Both the position numbers and the translations under genes were made by a program. From positions 58,702 through 122,701 of the forward strand of contig JBEKWS010000012.1 in NCBI GenBank assembly GCA_049512815.1: DNA of 64,000 bases. Direction: 5' to 3'. The notes under the pieces were generated by a model. It did not search any database. It worked only from the letters and a program-made list of their open reading frames with translations, and was not told the DNA's origin. Below are positions 57,793-64,000 of this stretch, one piece after another (the first letter of the stretch is position 1; every line of letters starts with the position of its first letter). The stretch comes from Bacteroidales bacterium (GTDB taxonomy: Bacteria > Bacteroidota > Bacteroidia > Bacteroidales > VadinHA17).

Positions 57793-60700
57793 TCATTCAC
57801 TGGTTTTTTTTCTTGTGATTAAATCAGTGAAGGAATCAAAAACCCAATATACACAGGGTATCACTATCAGAGTGAGGATAGTTGATGTAACCAGTCCGCC
57901 AATCACTGCAAGCGCCATTGGAGATCTGAGTGATGCACTTTCTCCGATACCGATTGTAAGTGGTAGAAGCGCAAATATTGTTGTGAGACTTGTCATTAAG
58001 ATAGGTCTGATTCTCTGCGATCCTGCTGTTATTATTGAGTCTTTTTTGTTTAATCCGGTCTGACGCAGCTGATTAATGCGGTCAATAAGAATAATTGCAT
58101 TACTTACAGCAATTCCTCCAAGCATTATAATGCCTATATATGCCATCATATTGAGGCTTTTTCCCAGCACGAAGAATGTCAGAATAGTACCGACAGCAGC
58201 AAGTGGTATTGTCAATAAAATAACAAAAGGTTGAATTATTGACTCAAATTCAGCTGCCAGTACCATAAATACCAAAATAATTGACAGAATCAAAGCGAAT
58301 GTCAGATTAGACATTGATTCTTTTCTCATCAATTCCTCACCTGTTATTTGAATTCTATAGTTAGCCGGTAATGGAACTGAACTCAACATTTCTCTGGCAT
58401 CTTTAATGACCTTATCAAAAGGCTTTGATTTATTAACCATGGCGTATATATAGCTTGTCCTGCTCTGATCCTGCCGGGTAATTTCTCTGGGAGATATAAC
58501 TTTTTTAATTGTGGCTAATGAACTCAATGGTACTTTTACTGATCCTGCAGTTATAAGGAGATCTTCAAGCTGATGCAGGGAAAGATCTCCGAGCTTAATA
58601 ACAATATCTTTCTCTTCGCCTTCCTTTTCCATCGTGCCTGCAGAAGCTCCGGAGAGATAACTTTGTATCTGGCTTATTACACTGGTTACAGAAACATTAT
58701 AATAACTGGTCTTAAACCTGTCAACCGCTACCTCTATTTCGGGGGTTCCCTCATCAAGGGAAGTTGTAATATTATATAGACCTCTGTTATTCTGAAGCAC
58801 CGTTTTTGATTCATTAATTATCTTTTCGATTTCTGTATAGTCTTGCCCTTTTACTTCAACAACAAATGGGGCTTCGCTGGTACCCAAAGTAGTCTGCAGT
58901 TCTGATTCTTCCTGGGAAAAGCTTATCTCAAGATCAGGAATGGTTTTAAGGTATTTCTCAACTGTTCTGATAGCTTCTTCCGTCACAGATGAATATTCAT
59001 TTTTAAGAAATATTTTAATATTTGCAACATTCTCATTTGTGGAAGTTGCCGATTGAGTAGTTGTTGTATTTATATCCCCGCCTGCCTGGCTGTAAATCAT
59101 TCTTATTTTGTTACCAAGAAGTTCATTGACAGTTCCTTCTATTTCCTTGATTGTGCTTTGAGTACGTTCAAGATTTGTCCCTTCCGGAAGTTTCAATCCA
59201 ATAGTAAATTCGGATGAAGCTGATTTTGGCATATATTCACTTCCAAGTTTTGGTATGAGAAGTACTGCTAATCCCATAAACAGAATGGAAAGGATGATTA
59301 CAATCAATCTCTTTTCGATGATTTTTGAAAGAAACTTTGGATACCATCTGAATTGCATCGGGCTGCTTAGCTGAACATTCTGGCTTTTCTTTTCACGAAA
59401 AAGGGTGTTTACCAGCATTGGGATGACGAGCATTGCAACAAATAAAGATGAGATCAGGGCAAAAGCCACCGTCCAGGCCTGGTCCTTGAACATTTCACCG
59501 GAAGCTCCCCTGAGATAAACAATTGGCAGGAAGACAACTATAGTCGTTATTGTAGAAGCTGTGATGGCTCCTCCGACCTGTCCGGTACCAACGATTGCCG
59601 CCTCGCGTAATGACATTCCTTCATCTCTGTTTCTGGTAATATTTTCGAGTACGACAATCGCATCATCGACCAGCCTGCCGGCCCCGAGTGCCAGCCCTCC
59701 CAAAGTCATAATATTTAATGTCAGGTGATTAAAATACATAAGGTTGAAGGTTGCTATTATAGAAATAGGTATGGCAACACTGACCACCATCGTTGTTCCT
59801 ATCCTTCGAAGAAAAACATACAGAACAATCATTGCAAGGGAAATGCCGATAAGCCCGGAATTTTTTACCTCTTTGATGGCATTGTCAATGTATTTTCCCT
59901 GATCCTTTACAACTATGAATTCATATCCGGGAAGAGCTTTTGCAAGAGTGCCAAAAGCATTATTAAGGTTCTTAACGGCTTCAACGGTGTTAAATTTGGG
60001 TTCTTTGTAAATTGACAGACCTATACAGCGTTCTCCATTAAGAGTGATAATATTTTGAGGATCTTTGTTTTCATATTTTATGGTTGCGACATCGCGAAGA
60101 TATACAGGAACTTTATCTGTTGAAGAAGTTGCGGTTGTGCTTCCGGTTGTTGTTACTGTCTGGGAGGAAGCCTGTTTGAAACCGATTACTATGTTCTCAA
60201 GATCTGTTAAATTACTCATTACACTTACCCCTTTGACTACATATTTAAGCCCCAGGTCAACTATAGAACCTCCGGATACATTCTTGTTATAATTTGCTAT
60301 CTGTACTGCAATTGCGTCTGAGGTCAATCCAAAAGATTCAAGTATATATTTATTGGTTTCAATTACAACCTGGCTCTCTTCCTGGCCAGTAAGTTTTACA
60401 TCTGCTATGCCTTCAATTCTGATAAGTTCGTTCCGGATATAGTTTTCTGCAATTTTCCTTAATTCATCCATGTCAGTAATTGCCTTATTCTTTAATCCCA
60501 CGATCATTACAGGTGAAGCATTAGGATCGTATTGGGAAATATCAAACTCTGTGAGATCTGAATTCTGGCTGAATGAGTTTAGTGCCTTCTGCAAGTCGAG
60601 AAAGGCCTCGTCCATATCTTTGTTCCAGTTATATTCAACCGTTATTTCTGCTGTACCAACCTGAGATACAGACGATACCTTGATGACATCACTCTGTCTC

Positions 60701-60918
60701 ATGCAGAGCGATTCTATCTGTTCAACATAGTTTTTTTCGATTTCTTCCGGTGGTTTTTCTCCGGCCGTGAGCTGAATATATATCTTCGGATTGTTCAGGT
60801 TTGGGAAGAGATCAGTTCCCAGTTTTCCAAGAGATATCACCCCAAGGAGGACTATACCGAGTACAAGCATTAAAACAGTAACCGGGTATTTTACAGCAAA
60901 TTGGGCAATCCTGTTCAT
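57793..60918 (-). CDS. RND efflux permease (AcrB/MdtB/C-like)
   Basis: 1041 aa. TM1 plus large periplasmic loops. TM4 GRLVDDAIVVLENITR. Second-half GIAVSNAIILIDRIN. Stop lies 36 nt before the next RND gene. Confidence 0.9.
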   Translation of the reverse strand: MNRIAQFAVKYPVTVLMLVLGIVLLGVISLGKLGTDLFPNLNNPKIYIQLTAGEKPPEEIEKNYVEQIESLCMRQSDVIKVSSVSQVGTAEITVEYNWNKDMDEAFLDLQKALNSFSQNSDLTEFDISQYDPNASPVMIVGLKNKAITDMDELRKIAENYIRNELIRIEGIADVKLTGQEESQVVIETNKYILESFGLTSDAIAVQIANYNKNVSGGSIVDLGLKYVVKGVSVMSNLTDLENIVIGFKQASSQTVTTTGSTTATSSTDKVPVYLRDVATIKYENKDPQNIITLNGERCIGLSIYKEPKFNTVEAVKNLNNAFGTLAKALPGYEFIVVKDQGKYIDNAIKEVKNSGLIGISLAMIVLYVFLRRIGTTMVVSVAIPISIIATFNLMYFNHLTLNIMTLGGLALGAGRLVDDAIVVLENITRNRDEGMSLREAAIVGTGQVGGAITASTITTIVVFLPIVYLRGASGEMFKDQAWTVAFALISSLFVAMLVIPMLVNTLFREKKSQNVQLSSPMQFRWYPKFLSKIIEKRLIVIILSILFMGLAVLLIPKLGSEYMPKSASSEFTIGLKLPEGTNLERTQSTIKEIEGTVNELLGNKIRMIYSQAGGDINTTTTQSATSTNENVANIKIFLKNEYSSVTEEAIRTVEKYLKTIPDLEISFSQEESELQTTLGTSEAPFVVEVKGQDYTEIEKIINESKTVLQNNRGLYNITTSLDEGTPEIEVAVDRFKTSYYNVSVTSVISQIQSYLSGASAGTMEKEGEEKDIVIKLGDLSLHQLEDLLITAGSVKVPLSSLATIKKVISPREITRQDQSRTSYIYAMVNKSKPFDKVIKDAREMLSSVPLPANYRIQITGEELMRKESMSNLTFALILSIILVFMVLAAEFESIIQPFVILLTIPLAAVGTILTFFVLGKSLNMMAYIGIIMLGGIAVSNAIILIDRINQLRQTGLNKKDSIITAGSQRIRPILMTSLTTIFALLPLTIGIGESASLRSPMALAVIGGLVTSTILTLIVIPCVYWVFDSFTDLITRKKTSE

Positions 60919-60923
60919 GATTT

Positions 60924-61979
60924 TTATTTAACTATTTTAACCTTTGACCTGGTGCTCAGCGTTTCAAAACCAACGGTTACAAAGCGTTCGTTCTTTGACA
61001 GACCTCCGGTTACTTCAACATCAGTCAGGTTCTCAATACCGGTCTTAATTATCCGTTCAGAAGCTAATCCCCCACGATCGATAACGAAGATAGTTTTACC
61101 TCTCTGCCGTGCCAGAATTATACTTTTAGGTATTACAATAACGGAGTCTTTATGGGTTATTACAATATCTGCTTTGACGAACATCCCCGGCAATAGTTGA
61201 TATTTTGGATTATGTATCAGTATTGTTCCGGGGAAAGTTCTTGTATCGGCATTTATCGCAGGTGATAGTTGGGTTACATTCCCGATTAAGGTGTCCTTTG
61301 GAATAGTATAATTTGTCAACTTGACTACCTCATCAGGTTTTATTACTGAGACATATTTCTCAGGTAACTGTACATTCATATACATCATCTGGTAATCCAT
61401 TATTTCGACCATATCTGAACCCGTATTAACCCTGGTCCCCTGAGTGTAATATGGTAACTCAACTATTACGCCGTCTATAGGAGCAATAATCCTGGTTTTT
61501 GCCATCGAAAGATTTGCACTTACCAGTGCCGACTTGGCATTCGCCCTATTGATTCCTGCTGTTTTAAGATCAAAAAGCGTAACACCTCCCTTTTCATATA
61601 ATGATTCCTGTTTTTTGAGCTCGCTCTCCGTGAGTTCGAGATTAAGCTGGGTGGTTTCAAGTTTTATATCATTGATATATTGCTGATCCTCCAATCTGGC
61701 AATCAGATCACCGGTTTTGACTTTATCATTTAACTGCCATGCTTTTCCTGTTCGTGGATTTTTTTCAAGAAAATAGTTTGCTGTGATTTCCGATTTTACC
61801 AGAATCTGACCTATCGGAAAAGCTGTTCCCGATGTATTAACATATTCTTCAATTGATTTTAGAGTGGCATCCTGTACAGAAACAGGAATTTCAACATCGG
61901 CATTAAGATTCTGATTCTTGTTATTGCAGCTGATAGCCGCAAAAGCCATAGCTATTATTATGAATAAACTTTTTTTCAT
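60924..61979 (-). CDS. Efflux periplasmic adaptor (membrane fusion protein, HlyD/RND-MFP family), lipoprotein
   Basis: Lipobox (FAAISC). Lipoyl/hairpin/beta-barrel order, with IIAPIDGVIVEL and LLPGMFVKADI motifs. 5-nt gap to the RND gene. Confidence 0.85.
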   Translation of the reverse strand: MKKSLFIIIAMAFAAISCNNKNQNLNADVEIPVSVQDATLKSIEEYVNTSGTAFPIGQILVKSEITANYFLEKNPRTGKAWQLNDKVKTGDLIARLEDQQYINDIKLETTQLNLELTESELKKQESLYEKGGVTLFDLKTAGINRANAKSALVSANLSMAKTRIIAPIDGVIVELPYYTQGTRVNTGSDMVEIMDYQMMYMNVQLPEKYVSVIKPDEVVKLTNYTIPKDTLIGNVTQLSPAINADTRTFPGTILIHNPKYQLLPGMFVKADIVITHKDSVIVIPKSIILARQRGKTIFVIDRGGLASERIIKTGIENLTDVEVTGGLSKNERFVTVGFETLSTRSKVKIVK

Positions 61980-61992
61980 ATGTTATTTATTT

Positions 61993-63486
61993 TTAATATT
62001 TTAATGTCTTCACAGGGATAACAGGTTGTTTCTTCTCAAAATCGTAAAGTGTCAGTATTTTTAAATTCAGTAGTTCGAGTTTATATGATATTAAAGAATT
62101 TGTGTAATTGAGCTTGTTTTGAGAGAGCTGGTTCTCATAAATACTCAGATCCATTCCCGTCAGGTCCCCGTTTTTATACTTTTCAAGGTTTAAGTCGTAA
62201 GTTAGTTGCGCATTATTGACCGACTGACGTGCGATTACTATCTGATTTATGAGATTTTTAAGATTTCTGTAACTCTGTCTTATAGCTAAGATTATACTGT
62301 TCTGTTCTACCCCGAGATCAATTTTATTTGACTCAATAGTTGCTTCACTTGCCTTTATTCTAGCTTTTTCTTCTCCCCAATCCCAGACAGGAATCTGAAA
62401 CGACAATGACACATTTTCATTATTTTTTGGGTCATTATAAATATCTTTTAAATATTTATTATTTCCATTATATCCAAATGAAAGGGCAAGGTTTCCATGG
62501 AATTCATTAAGTGCCTTAGTCTGAATAAGATTAAGCTGTGATGTTTCAATGTTTATCTGACTTTCTCTGATTTCCATCCTTGTCGCGAGCCCCTGATCAA
62601 TGGCAAATGCTATATCGATTTTAACAGTAGTATCAACCGTGATGTTTGGTATTACAATAATATCATCATACAGGCTCATACCTATCAGGTTTTTAAAAGC
62701 ATCCTTGGAATTTTCAAAAGCAACCTGCTTGTTTTCATAATCTGACCTGGTTGTTGCAAGGTTCAACTCTGCCTGAAATTTTTCTGACTGGGCTGAAATT
62801 CCGGCATCAGCTTTATTCTTTGTTATTTCATAACTTTTCATCATGTCCTGATAAGCCTGGTTTGAAATATCCATGCTTTGCTGCGCCTGATAAACCGCAT
62901 AAAATGCCTGGGAAACGCTTTGTTCCATTGTCAGATGTTGTATTGCATAGTTAAGCTGGGCAGTCTCAAGTTGCAACTGGAGCGTTTTAAGATTGAGCTT
63001 GGTATGGTTGTAAGTGAATAAAGGCTGATTTAACTGAATTGAAAGATCATTATTATAAGCTACCCCGGCAGTTGGGAATTTTGCATTATAGATGTTATTG
63101 GTATAACTAAAATTGTCACTCAGCGTAATAGTAGCATCAGTAGGTAAAAAAGGCTGGACAACTGTAAATGAACCGGAACTCTGCACATCCTTCGTAGTGT
63201 TAAAATCAGAAAAACTGCTATTGAACGCCCTATCCTGTGAATAAGTTAAAGGATTTACTGACAAAGCAAATTTTGATTTTAGTGCATCATTCTGGGCATT
63301 AAGGTTTTCCTGACTCCTGATAAGGCTAAGCCTTGTCTTTAATATAGTCGGACTATTTGATTCAGCTGTAGAGAGAGCCTGTTCCAGAGTAACTCCGGTC
63401 TGTGAGAATCCTTTGAATATCAATAGATTCATCAGTACGACTATTAAAAGGATAATTCGGTTTTTCCTGTTGAATTGTTTTTCCAT
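61993..63486 (-). CDS. TolC-family outer membrane efflux protein
   Basis: 497 aa. Signal peptide. Two repeated halves rich in coiled-coil heptads (LEQAL...AESNSPTIL, LNLATTRSDYENK...), typical of OMF proteins. 13-nt gap to the MFP gene. Confidence 0.85.
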   Translation of the reverse strand: MEKQFNRKNRIILLIVVLMNLLIFKGFSQTGVTLEQALSTAESNSPTILKTRLSLIRSQENLNAQNDALKSKFALSVNPLTYSQDRAFNSSFSDFNTTKDVQSSGSFTVVQPFLPTDATITLSDNFSYTNNIYNAKFPTAGVAYNNDLSIQLNQPLFTYNHTKLNLKTLQLQLETAQLNYAIQHLTMEQSVSQAFYAVYQAQQSMDISNQAYQDMMKSYEITKNKADAGISAQSEKFQAELNLATTRSDYENKQVAFENSKDAFKNLIGMSLYDDIIVIPNITVDTTVKIDIAFAIDQGLATRMEIRESQINIETSQLNLIQTKALNEFHGNLALSFGYNGNNKYLKDIYNDPKNNENVSLSFQIPVWDWGEEKARIKASEATIESNKIDLGVEQNSIILAIRQSYRNLKNLINQIVIARQSVNNAQLTYDLNLEKYKNGDLTGMDLSIYENQLSQNKLNYTNSLISYKLELLNLKILTLYDFEKKQPVIPVKTLKY

Positions 63487-63543
63487 TCTATTCTTATTTA
63501 AATCCTGATTTTACTATCAACTTTTTACTTTTGTTTGAACAAT

Positions 63544-63563
63544 GGACATGCCATGGCATGTCC
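63544..63563. promoter_or_regulatory. Perfect 20-bp palindrome upstream of the efflux operon (operator or terminator hairpin)
   Basis: GGACATGCCATGGCATGTCC equals its own reverse complement. It lies 58 nt upstream of the TolC-like ATG and 68 nt downstream of the preceding gene's stop. Confidence 0.4.
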
Positions 63564-63603
63564 CTACTTTTGTCTTTTATCTTAAACCTTCTGGCCTTTC
63601 GCC

Positions 63604-63631
63604 TTTTTACTTTTTACTTTTTACTTTTAAC
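63604..63631. repeat. Heptamer tandem repeat (TTTTTAC)x3 plus one degenerate unit
   Basis: TTTTTAC TTTTTAC TTTTTAC TTTTAAC directly abuts the stop codon (63632-63634) of the upstream minus-strand gene. Confidence 0.6.
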
Positions 63632-64000
63632 TTACTTCTGTCTTATCCATTTTATGGCATCTCCAATAACGGCCCTTCCGGTTGAGAGATTTGAAAGAAC
63701 AACTTTCGCGGTGTCGGCTTTGAGGTAATAAGTGCCTAGTTTGTTCCATCCGTTCTCAGCATTTTCATATTCAAGAGATATCTCCTCACTTCCTCCATCA
63801 TGATAAATCCGATAGTGGAATTCTTTATATGGCTGGGAAGGCGGTCCGCCTCCTTCTCTTCCCTGGCCTCCGGCCCCACCTGGTCCCTGTGCTCCACCCG
63901 TTCTTGCACCTCCTCCGAAACCTCCTGCTCTGATCATCATCCGATCAGCAGTTTTACCTATAAAACAGAAAATATCGTAATAACCTGGTTTGTCGATAGA
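63632..64000 (-). CDS. C-terminal part of a larger protein. It ends in a golvesin-C-terminal-like domain (5' end outside the window)
   Basis: The minus-strand frame is open from nt 64000 (SIDKPGYYDIFCFIGKTADRMM...). The tail HYRIYHDGGSEEISLEYENAENGWNKLGTYYLKADTAKVVLSNLSTGRAVIGDAIKWI matches the pattern Y.i.h.gG....v.q....g.W..LG.y.f......V.LSN...G.V.aDAi.f. Confidence 0.45.
   Translation of the reverse strand, partial: SIDKPGYYDIFCFIGKTADRMMIRAGGFGGGARTGGAQGPGGAGGQGREGGGPPSQPYKEFHYRIYHDGGSEEISLEYENAENGWNKLGTYYLKADTAKVVLSNLSTGRAVIGDAIKWIRQK

Overview
This is an AT-rich chromosomal segment that looks like Bacteroidota: it carries T9SS sprA, TTTG/TAnnTTTG-type promoters, many lipoprotein-type signal peptides and a CAZyme cluster. 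(i) 1-20.2 kb holds a cluster of secreted glycoside hydrolases and esterases with no SusC/SusD pair visible: GH39-like, two GH51, a serine hydrolase, a type-B carboxylesterase, a DUF1349-like protein, two GH30, a GH140/DUF4038-like protein and GH43-CBM32-Fn3. (ii) 20.4-22.7 kb holds GC-rich hairpin repeats, an intact IS4-family insertion sequence (18-bp TIRs, 10-bp target duplication), and an initiator tRNA-Met with its own promoter and terminator. (iii) 22.9-31.6 kb is housekeeping: superoxide reductase, M23 peptidase, dxr, rseP, tatA, an MqnC/MqnE/CofH-type radical SAM, pepA, pdxA and ruvA. (iv) 31.65-39.09 kb is sprA. (v) 39.3-45.2 kb is a maltose/maltodextrin operon (MFS, pgmB, GH65 phosphorylase, GH13 amylase), followed by gcvH. 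(vi) 46.3-51.0 kb is rimP-nusA-infB on the minus strand. (vii) 52.3-63.5 kb is a five-gene minus-strand efflux operon: TolC-like OMF, MFP adaptor, RND, an RND fused in-frame to about six extra TM helices plus a complete ABC ATPase domain, and an ABC-2 permease. The RND::ABC fusion and its operon are the most unusual content of the window. I saw no CRISPR array, rRNA, prophage or recognisable defence system. All family calls come from motif recognition by eye, not from database searches.
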